In this document: piece after piece, positions 16,310 through 28,130 of the stretch
Layout: each line of letters starts with the position of its first letter
Position numbering within the stretch: position 1 is the stretch's first letter
Assembly: GCA_964016885.1 (NCBI GenBank)
Contig: OZ024757.1
Coordinates: 13,578,001 to 13,642,000, forward strand
Direction: 5' to 3'
Source: Eledone cirrhosa
Lineage: Eukaryota
Length of the DNA stretch: 64,000 nucleotides
Notes under the pieces: generated by a model
The model's database searches: none
Seen by the model: only the letters and a program-made list of their open reading frames with translations
What the model was told of the DNA's origin: nothing
Made by a program: the position numbers and the translations under genes

Positions 16310-17270
16310 TATATATCATAAAACATGTCTTTAGAATCACTAGATAAAATATATACCGTTTCCTCTCCCAATTAGCATAATTAACTATATAAAAAATCAA
16401 TTAGACCAAGCTATAAGAATAAAAGCTCCTATGAAGAAATCTCCGACAAATAACCGAAAGCAGCCCCTTCGCGGCGGTTACGACGGAGTATTTATCGAAC
16501 ATTTCGACAGCATGTATATACAGTCAACTAAACACAATTAGTCTTCATTGAGCCACGTGACCCGTTGCAAAACACATATATATCTATGACTTTATATATA
16601 TGTAAACCTTTATATGTAATAATCTCCCGTTTGGTTGAGATACAATTTGGCTGTATCGGGCTGCGCTTTCTAGCAATAAGCCTACCAGCCGTAAGCAACT
16701 AATCACATCCTTTCTAACTTGACCGCTGCCACGTCACGATTCTTAGCCATTTTTTAATGTATTCTTGGCGCGATCACTTTGGAAAATTAATTGTCTAATT
16801 TTGAGCTAACTCCTGATGAATCCGAAGCTCTGGATATCCCCTGTTATCGGATGTCTTAAAATACGGATGAAACCATGGTAGAGGTAATTAAATATGTACA
16901 CATTTCTTCTAAGTTTATTAACACCTAATTGTGTTTAGTTGACTGTATATCTGGTCGATTTATACATGCTGTCGAAATGTTTGATAAATACTCCATCGTA
17001 ACAGCCGCGAAGGGGCTGCTTTTGGTTATTTGTCGGAGATTTCTTCATAGGAGCCTTTATTCTTATAGCTTGGTCTAATTGATTTTTTATATGGTTAATT
17101 ATGCTAATTGGGAGAGGAAACGGTATATATTTTATCTAGTGATTCTAAAGACATGTTTTATGATATATAGCTCTGATTATTTAATTTATTAATTCTTCAT
17201 TGAACCACAACGTGACCCGTTGCAAAACACATATATATCTATGACTTTATATATATGTAAACCTTTATAT
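16310..17270 (+). mobile_element. Penelope-like pLTR structure (inverted copy + partial tandem) carrying a hammerhead
   Basis: 16310-16540 is the inverted copy of 16925-17169; 16542-16615 is directly repeated at 17194-17270; hammerhead core between them. Confidence 0.7.
16806..16887 (+). ncRNA. Type I hammerhead ribozyme
   Basis: CUC-CUGAUGA-AUCCG...CGGAU-GAAA-CCAUGG-UA-GAG: intact core, 5-bp stem II base, palindromic stem III ACCAUGGU, GUA triplet, stem I CUC/GAG. Confidence 0.8.
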
Positions 17271-17379
17271 ATATATATATACTATTGCAAGCAGGGAAAA
17301 AGCGGACGTAAAATGAAATGATGATGAATGACTATTATTGTTATAGAATAGATTAACCCTTTTTATAGTTGACAAAGAG

Positions 17380-17415
17380 TCTTAACATTTCGGGTGTTTG
17401 TCCTTCATCAGAAGA
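17380..17415 (-). ncRNA. Minimal Penelope-type hammerhead (degenerate)
   Basis: Minus strand UCUU-CUGAUGA-AGGACAAACACCC-GAAA-UGUU-AAGA; same family as 25518-25553. Confidence 0.6.
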
Positions 17416-18595
17416 TAGAGAGAAGAGAGGTTGTTTTTGAAGAAAGGATGACAGATCTCTTTTCTTGCTGTTCAAAACACACTCACAATACATATGCAAT
17501 ACGGTGCATATAGATACATAGGAACACATGTGCACAGGAAGACATACATTCCCATGTGCACAAATAAATACATATACATACATGCATATAATGTATATAT
17601 ATATATATATACACACAAATATACAACAAAATTAAGGAAAGTAATGTAACTTAATACAAACGCATTTATATTAGGCCACAGACACACACACAGACACTCA
17701 CACAAACACACTGACGTTCTCACAGAGACACACACACTGCCATTCACACACACACACACAGACACTCACACGCAAACATGCTGACATTCACACACACAGA
17801 CAGACACTCACACACTGACATTCACACACACTGACGCTATCTCACACACACACACAAACACTGACATTCACACAAACGTATTCACACATACACACACTCA
17901 CTCACAGACACACACACACACACACACACAAACACTCATACACACACACATTGACACACACAAACACACACATTTACATAAAAAACAGACACACATACAC
18001 AAATAAATACACACATACACACACACACAATAGGCACACCAATTGCATCCAAAGGTCAGCCAACTTTCGAAAGGTCAACTCTGTGTACCATAACCAATTT
18101 CCCAAACCCTCATTGGTGAGGCACTGCCACACACACATATATACTCATGTACACATACATGCATATATACATACACACACACACACACACACATACATAC
18201 ATACATACACAGATATATATATATACACTCATGTGCACATACACATAGACACACAAATATATTACATTCATGTGCACATACACAGACACACACATACATA
18301 TAGATATACATATATACGCATACATACATAGACTGCATACACAGAGACACACACATACACACACACATATATATATACACAAACAAAAACATATATATAA
18401 CTACACACACATATATATATAGACACACTCACACACACTGATATACATGCCCTAAAACCATACCACACCAAGTTTAAGGATGTCCGTTTTCCTATTTCCC
18501 TACAACTAATAATTGCTCACTATACGTTAATTAAACCTTGCAAATTGATGAGGATACACATCCTAATGGTGCACATGGATGATGATCACTGGGAG

Positions 18596-19885
18596 AGTGG
18601 AAGTCCCAGGAGTTCCCAGTGGAAGTGCCAGGAGTTCCCAGTGGAAGTGCCAGGAGTTCCCAGTGGAAGTGCCAGGAGTTCCCAGTGGAAGTGCTAGGAG
18701 TTCCCAGTGGAAATGCTAGGAGTTCCCAGTGGAAGTGCCAGGAGTTCCCAGTGGAAGTATCAGGAGTTCCCAGTGGAAGTGCCAGGAGTTCCCAGTGGAA
18801 GTATTAGGAGTTCCCAGTGGAAGTCCCAGGAGTTCCCAGTGGAAGTATTAGGAGTTCCCAGTGGAAGTGCCAGGAGTTCCCAGTGGAAGCATCAGGAGTT
18901 CCCAGTGGAAGTGCCAGGGGTTCCCAGTGGAAGTGCCGGGAGTTCCCAGTGGAAATGCCAGGAGTTCCCAGTGGAAATGCCAGGAGTTCCCAGTGGAAGT
19001 ATCAGGAAGCCCCAAGAGTTCCCAGTGGAAATGCCAGGAGTTCCCAGTGGAAATGCCAGGAGTTCCCAGTGGAAATGCCAGGAGTTCCCAGTGGAAGTGC
19101 CAGGAGTTCCCAGTGGAAATGCCAGGAGTTCCCAGTGGAAATGCCAGGAGTTCCCAGTGGAAGTGCCAGGAGTTCCCAGTGGAAATGCCAGGAGTTCCCA
19201 GTGGAAGTATCAGGAGTTCCCAGTGGAAGTGCCAGGAGTTCCCAGTGGAAATGTCAGGAGTTCCCAGTGGAAATACCAGGAGTTCCCAGCGGAAGTGCCA
19301 GGAGTTCCCAGTGGAAATGTCAGGAGTTCCCAGTGGAAATACCAGGAGTTCCCAGTGGAAGTGCCAGGAGTTCCCAGTGGAAGTGCCAGGAGTTCCCAGT
19401 GGAAGTGCTAGGAGTTCCCAGTGGAAGTGCCAAGAGTTCCCAGTGGAAGTGCCAGGAGTTCCCGGTGGAAATGCTAGGAGTTCCCAGTGGAAGTGCCAAG
19501 AGTTCCAGTGGAAGTATCAGGAAGCCCCAAGAGTTCCCAGTGGAAGTGCCAGGAGTTCCCAGTGGAAATGCCAGGAGTTCCCAGTGGAAATGCTAGGAGT
19601 TCCCAGTGGAAGTGCCAAGAGTTCCAGTGGAAGTATCAGGAAGCCCCAGGAGTTCCCAGTGGAAGTGCCAGGAGTTCCCAGTGGAAATGCCAGGAGTTCC
19701 CAGTGGAAATGCCAGGAGTTCCCAGTGGAAGTATCAGGAGTTCCCAGTGGAAGTCCCAGGAGTTCCCAGTGGAAGTGCCAGGAGTTCCCAGTGGAAGTGC
19801 CAGGAGTTCCCAGTGGAAATGCCAGGAGTTCCCAGTGGAAATACCAGGAGTTCCCAGTGGAAATACCAGGAGTTCCCAGTGGAAG
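18596..19885. repeat. 22-bp minisatellite (~58 copies)
   Basis: Unit ggagttcccagtggaagtgcca; variation concentrated in ~6 nt after ggaa; no unique spacers. Confidence 0.97.
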
Positions 19886-20133
19886 GAACCTGTGGAAAAG
19901 TATAACCAAGGAAGATTTGAGCAGTAGTGCTGAGAAGGAAAGAGAGCAAAGGTAGCTGCACTGGCAAAAAGGCCTGTCTAACCCATATAGATGTAAAACG
20001 ATGATCATACATATCCATATATATATATAACTTCTCCACTTATGTTTCCAACTTTTTATATTGTTTTTGTAAAAAACAATATCTTTTTCATATATATATA
20101 TATATATTTATTAAAATTTATCATTATTACTAT

Positions 20134-20172
<39 letters not shown>

Positions 20173-20592
20173 GTTTAACGTCCATATTCCATGCTTGCAT
20201 AGGTTTGGATGGGAGTTTTCCCACTTGAGGCAAGAGTGGTTGTCTTGCTCGCATAGGACTGTCTGGTGGGTTTTCTACAGCTGGATGCCCTTCCTAACAC
20301 CAACCACATTTACAGTGTGGAACTGGGAGGTTTTTACCGTGTTACCTACATGGCCACATTACAGCGTGGACTGTGTGTTTTTTTGTCGTGACACCTACAC
20401 GACCTCATTTGTTTCGGCCTGGATGTTGGTACCAACATAACTTTACATTGAAAGGGGTGGTGTGGATGGGGTGGGGGTAGTGGGATGGGGGTGTGTTTTG
20501 TTAGAGGGGCCTACTGACTGTAGTAGGTTTTACTTTGTATTTAGGTAAGGCGGGTCTTCTCTATTACTGTGTAGCGCCAAAGATCTCGGTCC
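20134..20592 (-). mobile_element. 5'-truncated copy of the RTE LINE 3' end
   Basis: Reverse complement of ~25008-25437 including last codons of the ORF, 3' UTR and (GAT)n tail. Confidence 0.9.
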
Positions 20593-21215
20593 AGTGACAT
20601 TATATATATATATATAAACCTAGCGTGGATGTTGTATGTTATATGTGATGTATATTGTATGCTATACGTTATATGTTGTGTGTTGTGTGTTGCATTCGAT
20701 GGTCCAGGCCAGTCAAAATCTTTTCCTGAGTTCAGTTTTTTTCGTTGCTATGGCAATGCGGCCAGACTGTCGATCGTTATATTTGATTTGTAAAGCTGTC
20801 TAAACGTATTGTTATAACTCTGAGGTAATATTCTCCATCGAGTGCTAAGCTGCATTCGTTAGCTTGGCCGCAGCCAAAAGCTTCGTTGATGCTGTACTAA
20901 AATGTGTATATATATATATAGTATTAATTATACTATTTATGGTTATGTAAATACAAAAACCTTTTGCAGTTATATATATTTTTTTATACAAACCCTAAAT
21001 AGTGGTAGGCAGTAATATATTACTACCTTATTACCATGTTGTATTTTCATGTTGTATTTTAACCTGTATTTTTGATTGTACCTTTTAATATGAATGTAAT
21101 CTCTAAGTGTGTACTGCCACTCTAAATGCTGTAATGAATGTTGACCCACAATATTTGCATATGTATCTCTCTTGGGTGAAAAGGAGGTCATATAACTGTT
21201 CATTCATTAATAAAT

Positions 21216-21262
21216 TGCTCCGAAGAATCCAAACCTCGGTTTGGAGGAAACAGTTGTAAGCA
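21216..21262 (+). ncRNA. Hammerhead ribozyme variant (core CCGAAGA)
   Basis: UGCU-CCGAAGA-A-UCCAAAC-CUCG-GUUUGGA-G-GAAA-CAGUUG-UA-AGCA; all three stems present but core U4 is C. Confidence 0.6.
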
Positions 21263-21579
21263 CAAAAATGTTTTGAACAGTTCTTTGATTCTTATATTTC
21301 ATATATATATATATATGAAATGTTTATTCACTTTCGCCAATCCACCGCTGCTTCAATTATCTCTATGATGTACTCATGTAAACCGTAAAGTACAAATTCT
21401 TCTCTCCATTCCACGCTCAATTTCGTACATAGTCCAAACAAACATCCAATCTCGCAAAATCCGAAATCTGTATTTTTTGTTATCTATTTAAGGTTTAAAT
21501 ACGGTGTTTTTGTCGTATTGAACAGAACAAATCTTGCAGTTTTGCTTTTTGTTAAATCGCTTGTTAAACATTCATAACC

Positions 21580-24500
21580 TTCCAGCTAGCTACCCCACAC
21601 CCCTCCCTCCCGCCCCCACACGCCACCATACACACGCCACCATACTTAATACGTGGACCAATCATAAGCCAGAACCCCCCCCCCCCCCCCGCATCACCAC
21701 CATTATTATAAGCCAGAGCCCCCCCCCACGCATCACCATTATTATTATTATTACGCGGACCAAATCATAAGCCAGAGGCCTATACTATCGCTTGCCCGGT
21801 TGCCTTCGATATATGATGGATGGATGGATGGACGGACGGACTGCGGAATCCTGGAGAGTGGAAGGGAGAGAAAAATCTGGACGCCCAGAGCGAAAATGCC
21901 AAAGTTAAAGTCAAATTCACCTCGTGGACGAGAATGCGAGCACTCCTCTTTGTTTCGTCCGCGGATGGCTAACATAACCCTATCTCCTCCCGCCCCCCAC
22001 CACCCCCACCCTCCAAACGCAACCCAAAACTTCAGAGTTGGTACCATAAATGTAGGCACCCTAAAGGGTCGCGCTAACGAGGTTGTAGAAATGCTTGAAC
22101 GTAAGGAGGTCGATGTTTGTTGTATTGAAGAGACCAGGTGGAGGGGTGGGTCTGCTAGATTCATTGAGGGTAAAAAACGATGTTATAAGCTTTTCTGGGT
22201 GGGAAACGACGATGGGCTGGGTGGAGTAGGAATCATGGTAGCAGAAAAGTGGGCAGATAAGATAATAGACGTAAATAGAGTGAACGACAGAATAATTAAA
22301 ATAAGACTTGTCCTCAATAGAACTACGGTGACAGTAATATCTGCGTACGCACCCCAATCCGGACTGCCCGGCACTATAAAAGACAGATTCTATGAGACAC
22401 TGTTGCTAACTACCTCCCAAATATCTGACAGTGACTATATAATTATTGCAGGCGACCTAAATGGTCACGTTGGACAACATTGTGACGGCTACGACGAAAT
22501 CCATGGAGGCTATGGGTTTGGTACTAGAAATGAGGAAGGCTCCAGAATCCTGGAATACTGTGATGCAAATAACCTAACTATCTGTAACACTAACTTCAAA
22601 AAACGTGACAATCACCTGATTACCTATAGATCCGGGGAACACACAAGCCAGGTAGATTATATCCTTACCAGAAGACGTGACAGAGTGTCTGTTGTAAACA
22701 CTAAATCCCTCCCCCATGAAGAATGCACCTCCCAACATAGACTGATAATTAGCGACCTCATAGTCAGGACGAGACGTACCCGACAGCAGAAGAGGACTAT
22801 CCTCAGGAGGAAAATATGGAAACTAAAGGACCCCACAGCCAGAAATAAATTTCAAAGCATATTACTTGATGCTTTCGACAGTAAGGAAGAGCATCTAGAA
22901 TCGGACAATATAGAGGGACAGTGGAAATTTCTGAAAGCAAACCTGCTGTTGGCGACAGACGAAGTCTGTGGCTGGAGCAGGCCTGTAGGCAGGAGGAGAG
23001 TAACATGGTGGTGGAACAATAGGGTGGAGGGGTCAATTAAGGCCAAAAAGCAGGCTTGGAAAGTATGGCGGGATGGGGGAAGTAGAGTAGACTATCAAGT
23101 GGCCAGGAGGGAAGCTAGGAGAGAAGTGTACTTAGCAAGAAGGGAAGCTGAGGAAAGAAAGTTCAAGCATGTTCTACAACGCGATGACCAAAAACGTGAG
23201 GTGTTCAGGATTGCCAGGCAATGCGTCAAGGAAAACCGTGATATTGTCGGGGAGAAGTGTGTACTTAACGATGATGGCATACTTGCCATCACCGACACTG
23301 ATAAGAAGGTAGCTTGGAAGTGTCACTATGAAAGGCTACTAAATGAGGAGAATAAATGGGAGAAAGACAGTCTCCCCCATATCGACCCGATAGAGGGACC
23401 AGCAGTGTTAGTCGAGGGGAGTATAATAAGTAAGGCAATCAAGGATATGAAGACTGGTAAGGCGGCTGGGCCTTCGGAAATAGTTGCTGAGATGCTGAAG
23501 GCATCTGGCACGGTGGGACACACCATGGTCACCCGCATAGTTAACCAAGTCGTACAGAATGGGGTTGTTCCGAAGGACTGGCATAGCAGCATCATCGTTA
23601 ACTGTTATAAGGGTAAAGGAGACGCCCTAGATAGGAGTAACTATAGAGGCATTAAATTAATCGACCAGGTCATGAAGGTCACGGAAAAAGTAATAGCGCA
23701 ACTAATCAGAGAGAGAATTGATCTAGATGAAATGCAGTTCGGGTTTGTGTCAGGCAAAAGCACCACAGACGCTCTTTTCATAGTACGACAACTACAGGAG
23801 AAGTACCTAGCTAAAGGTAAACCCCTCTACTTAGCTTTTGTCGACCTGGAGAAAGCCTTCGACAGAGTCCCCCGCTCCATTATCTGGTGGGCTCTTAGAA
23901 AACTAGGCGTTGACGAATGGCTTGTGAGGGCTATACAAGCCATGTATAAAGAAACAGTCAGCAAGGTTAGAATTAACAACGAATATAGTGAAGAGTTTAG
24001 CGTAAAAGTTGGCGTCCATCAGGGCTCTGTTCTCAGCCCCCTACTATTTATTATTGCCCTTCAGGCTATAACAGAGGAGTTCAAGACAGGCTGCCCATGG
24101 GAACTCCTATACGCAGACGACCTGACACTCATAGCGGAATCAATGGCCGAGCTAGAGAAGAAATTCCAAACATGGAAGCACGGCCTAGAGTCAAAAGGAC
24201 TTAAAATTAACCTGGCTAAGACCAAAGTTCTAGTTTCTAGGAAAGAAAACAAGGCGGCGGTCCCTTCTGGGAAATGGTCGTGCTCGGTATGTAGGAAAGG
24301 CGTAGGTAGAAACTCCATCTTATGTCCTAAATGCAAAGTATGGGTGCATAAAAGATGTAGTGGGATCACAGGTAAGCTAACTAAGAACATAGACTTTACA
24401 TGTGGCCGGTGTTCTGGTGCAATAAGTAGCAGCAAGTGCCCACAAAATACTAGCTCTTTCAATTGCGCAGAGGGTTCTATAGAAATAGTGGACAGCTTCC

Positions 24501-25437
24501 GTTACCTGGGCGATAAAATCAGCAGTGGGGGAGGGTGCTCTGAAAGTACTGTAGCTAGAGTCAGAACTGGTTGGAAAAAGTTCAGAGAGCTTATACCACT
24601 ATTAGCTGCTAAAGGGTTCTCCCTAAAAATGAAAGGCAGGTTGTACGATGCCTGCATACGAACAGCAATGTTGCATGGTAGTGAGACCTGGGCATTGTGT
24701 GCAGAGGATATACGCAGACTAGAGAGGAACGAAGCTTGCATGCTCCGCTGGATGTGTAACAGTAATATACGTGAACGGCAAAGCATAAACGAACTAAGGA
24801 AAAAATTAGAGATAAGAGGGATCAGATGTTGTTTACTCGAGAGAAGGCTGCGTTGGTATGGACACGTGATGCGCATGAAAGTCGATAGCTGTATTACAAA
24901 GTGCAGGGCAATAAAGATAGACGGTAGCCACGGAATAGGCAGACCTAGAAAAACATGGGATGAGCTGATAAACTCCGACCTCACACCCTTACACCTCTCC
25001 AAGACAATGTCACTGGACCGTGACCTTTGGCGGTACTCAGTAACAGAGAAGACCCGCCTTGCCAGTAGGCATCTCTAACAAACTAAACCCCGTCCCGCCA
25101 CCACCCCCACCCCATCCACACCACCCCGTTCCATGTAAAGTTATGTTGGTGCCGCGCCATCCAGGCCGAAACAAACGAGATCGTGTAGGTGTCACGACAA
25201 AAAAACACACAGTCCACGCTGTAATGTGGCCGTGTAGGCAACACGGTAAAAACCTCCCAGACCCACACTGTAAATGTGGTTGGTGTTAGGAAGGGCATCC
25301 AACTGTAGAAAACCTGCCAGACAGTCCTATGCGAGCAAGACAATCACTCTTGCCTCAAGTGGGACTACCCCCGTCCAAACCCATGCAAGCGTGGAACACG
25401 GACGTTAAACGTTGATGATGATGATGATGATGATGAT
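21580..25437 (+). mobile_element. Full-length or near full-length RTE-clade LINE
   Basis: Single long EN-RT ORF, ~330-nt 3' UTR, (GAT)n tail; 5' boundary uncertain and no target-site duplication could be identified. Confidence 0.9.
21800..25078 (+). CDS. RTE LINE polyprotein: APE endonuclease, reverse transcriptase, internal PHD finger
   Basis: Uninterrupted 1092-codon frame; EN motifs GTINV, EETRW, SAYAP, GDLNGH, VDYIL, SQHR; RT motifs NYRGI, QFGF, FVDLEKAFD, GVHQGSVLSP, YADD, FRYLG; C-terminal HGSETW, RRLRWYGH, GRPRKTW. True start may be an ATG at 21824, 21896 or 21965. Confidence 0.95.
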   Translation: MPSIYDGWMDGRTDCGILESGRERKIWTPRAKMPKLKSNSPRGRECEHSSLFRPRMANITLSPPAPHHPHPPNATQNFRVGTINVGTLKGRANEVVEMLERKEVDVCCIEETRWRGGSARFIEGKKRCYKLFWVGNDDGLGGVGIMVAEKWADKIIDVNRVNDRIIKIRLVLNRTTVTVISAYAPQSGLPGTIKDRFYETLLLTTSQISDSDYIIIAGDLNGHVGQHCDGYDEIHGGYGFGTRNEEGSRILEYCDANNLTICNTNFKKRDNHLITYRSGEHTSQVDYILTRRRDRVSVVNTKSLPHEECTSQHRLIISDLIVRTRRTRQQKRTILRRKIWKLKDPTARNKFQSILLDAFDSKEEHLESDNIEGQWKFLKANLLLATDEVCGWSRPVGRRRVTWWWNNRVEGSIKAKKQAWKVWRDGGSRVDYQVARREARREVYLARREAEERKFKHVLQRDDQKREVFRIARQCVKENRDIVGEKCVLNDDGILAITDTDKKVAWKCHYERLLNEENKWEKDSLPHIDPIEGPAVLVEGSIISKAIKDMKTGKAAGPSEIVAEMLKASGTVGHTMVTRIVNQVVQNGVVPKDWHSSIIVNCYKGKGDALDRSNYRGIKLIDQVMKVTEKVIAQLIRERIDLDEMQFGFVSGKSTTDALFIVRQLQEKYLAKGKPLYLAFVDLEKAFDRVPRSIIWWALRKLGVDEWLVRAIQAMYKETVSKVRINNEYSEEFSVKVGVHQGSVLSPLLFIIALQAITEEFKTGCPWELLYADDLTLIAESMAELEKKFQTWKHGLESKGLKINLAKTKVLVSRKENKAAVPSGKWSCSVCRKGVGRNSILCPKCKVWVHKRCSGITGKLTKNIDFTCGRCSGAISSSKCPQNTSSFNCAEGSIEIVDSFRYLGDKISSGGGCSESTVARVRTGWKKFRELIPLLAAKGFSLKMKGRLYDACIRTAMLHGSETWALCAEDIRRLERNEACMLRWMCNSNIRERQSINELRKKLEIRGIRCCLLERRLRWYGHVMRMKVDSCITKCRAIKIDGSHGIGRPRKTWDELINSDLTPLHLSKTMSLDRDLWRYSVTEKTRLASRHL

Positions 25438-25517
25438 ATACACACAATCTCAAATCTTTTACATTTTTTCCAATTCCACCCTACCTATCCCTTCAATCTT
25501 TCTAATTTCTCATTCTT

Positions 25518-25553
25518 TCTTCTGATGAAGGACTAGCATCCGAAACGTTAAGA
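25518..25553 (+). ncRNA. Minimal Penelope-type hammerhead
   Basis: UCUU-CUGAUGA-A-GGA-CUAGCA-UCC-GAAA-CGUU-AAGA; loopless palindromic stem III (ACGU) as in dimer-dependent minimal hammerheads. Confidence 0.7.
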
Positions 25554-26041
25554 CCCTCTTCCTGCTATTTCAAGCGATAACTTAATATATCCCTTCCATA
25601 TACTGTACCGATTGTGTTGTTATTTCTGTTTACCTTTTACATACATATATATATGGATTTTAGTCTTCAAATTTATTATTATTACTATATATATATTTAT
25701 ATATATATATATATTTTTTTTTTCTCACTCTACTTAGGTATTGAGTACCTTATTTAATGTGGTTACCCCTGATTTCACTCATGTTGGTAGTGATGGTGGT
25801 GTTGTAGTTGTTGGTAACTGTTTTTTTCAGGGCAGTGATTTTGTGTGGCTTAGAATGTGTGTGTATGTCATGTATGTATGTGTGTATGCCATGTGTGTGT
25901 GTATGCCATGTGTGTGTGTATGTCATGTGTGTGTGTATGTCATGTATATATGTCGTGTGTATATCGTGTGTGTGTGGATGGGTGTGTGCGGGTTGATGTA
26001 TGTATTGAACTTTCTAATATCCACAACAATAAACATGCACG

Positions 26042-26076
<35 letters not shown>

Positions 26077-26209
26077 GCCCCTAGGTACATAGAAGTGTGT
26101 GTGCCTGTGTGTGTTTCAATATAAATCAGGCCTCTATCAACCTGACCTATTAATTAACGTAAAGGTCATTAACACCAGATGATGACAATGTTAACAGCAA
26201 TGATGATTA

Positions 26210-27085
26210 AGATATGATGATGATGATGATGATGGTAGTGATGATGGTGATGGTAGTGGTGATGATGGTGATGATGATGGTAGTGGTGATGATGGTGATG
26301 GTAGTGGTGATGATGGTGATGGTGATGTCGAAGACAATGACACCGATAACTGTGTCAATGTAGATGACGATGGTGATGATGATGATGGTGATTATGGTGA
26401 TCATGATGATGATGATAATAATAATAATAATAAAGACAATGTGAAAAATGATGATGATGGTGATGATGATGGAGATGTGAATGATGGTGATGGTGATGGT
26501 GAAAATATGAATTATGACGATGATGATGATAATGATGATGATGGTGGTTAGGATGGTGATGATGATGATGAATGATGGTGATGGTGAAAATATGAATTAT
26601 GACGATGATGATGATGATGATGATGATGATGGTGGTTAGGATGGTGATGATGATGATGAATGATGGTGATGGTGAAAATATGAATTATGACGATGATGAT
26701 GATGATGATGATGATGGTTAGGATGGTGATGGTGATGATGATGATGAATGATGGTGATGGTGAAAATATGAATTATGACGATGATGATGATGATGATGAT
26801 GGTTAGGATGGTGATGATGATGATGATGATGAATGATGGTGATGGTGAAAATATGAATTATGACGATGATGATGATGATGATGATGATGATGGTTAGGAT
26901 GGTGATGATGATGATGATGATGAATGATGGTGAAAATATGAATTATGATGATAATGATGGTTATGGTAATGATGATGATGATGATGGTTAGGATGGTGAT
27001 GATGATGATGATGATGATGGTGTTGGTGAAAATATGAATTATGATGATAATGATGGTTATGGTGATGATGATGATGATGGTGGTG
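26210..27085. repeat. (GAT)n-derived minisatellite
   Basis: ggtgaaaatatgaattatga and ggttaggatgg motifs recur every ~80-90 bp. Confidence 0.95.
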
Positions 27086-27459
27086 ATTGCTATGAAGGCC
27101 AGCTACTGTCTCGGTACCTCAACTGCCCTTATTAGCACCATTTCCAAATAGAAAGCAAGGAGGGGGGAAGAGGAGGAAGGAATTGTGTTACATGGGGGGG
27201 GGGGGGATTGTGTTACAGGGAGTGGGGGGAGGGAAAGGAGGGGAGGAAGGAGGTGGAAGAGAGGATGGCTGTTTAGTAAATTACTGAGAATTCCCAAAGA
27301 GCATAGCTTTCTCAGAGACTTTTCCACTCTCTGTGTTCACCATATTGTCATCATCAGCAGCATCATCATCATCATCATCATCAACAACACCAGTAGCATC
27401 ACTATGAGGGCAAACAAATACAGGGAAATGAGGGGGGGGGGGGTTCAAGCTACTTTTGT

Positions 27460-28130
27460 TTGTGGTGGTGGTGGTGGCGGTGTCAGTGATGATGGTGGTG
27501 TTAGTGGCGGTGTCAGTGGTGGTGGTGGTGGTGTCGGTGATGGTGGTGTCAGTGGTGGTGGCGGTGTCGGTGATGGTGGTGATGGTGGCGGTGTCAGTGA
27601 TGATGGTGGTGTTAGTGGCGGTGTCAGTGGTGGTGGTGGTGGTGGTGTCGGTGATGGTGGTGTCAGTGGTGGTGGCGGTGATGGTGGTGGCGGTGTCAGT
27701 GATGGTGGTGTCAGTGGTGGTGGCGGTGTCGGTGATGGTGGTGGCGGTCTGTGATGGTGGTGTCAGTGGTGGTGGTGGTGGCGGTGTCAGTGATGGTGGT
27801 GTCAGTGGTAGTGGTGTCGGTGGTGATGTCAGTGATGGTGGTGGTGGTGGTGGTGGTGGTGGTGATGGTGGTGTCGGTGTCGGTGGTGATGTCTGTGATG
27901 GTGGTGGTGATGGTGGTGGTGTCAGTGATGGTGGTGGTGGTGATGCTGGTGTCAGTGATGGTGGTGGAGGTGTCGGTGGTGATGTCAGTGATGGTGTCGG
28001 TGGTGGTGGTGATGGTGGTGTCAGTGATGGTGGTGGTGGTGGTAGTGGTGATGGTGGTGATGTCAGTGATGGTGGTGGTGGTGATGTCAGTGATGGTGTC
28101 GGTGGTGATGTCAGTGATGGTGTTGGTGGC
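27460..28130. repeat. (GGT)n-derived array
   Basis: gtcagtgatggtggt variants. Confidence 0.95.

Noticed and set aside
18596-19885. CRISPR-like array
   Set aside because: Units are contiguous 22-mers with no unique spacers; no cas genes; eukaryotic context
18619-19955. Overlapping + strand ORFs (EVPGVPSGSARSSQWKCQEFP repeats)
   Set aside because: Same peptide appears in all three frames because the 22-bp unit rarely contains stops
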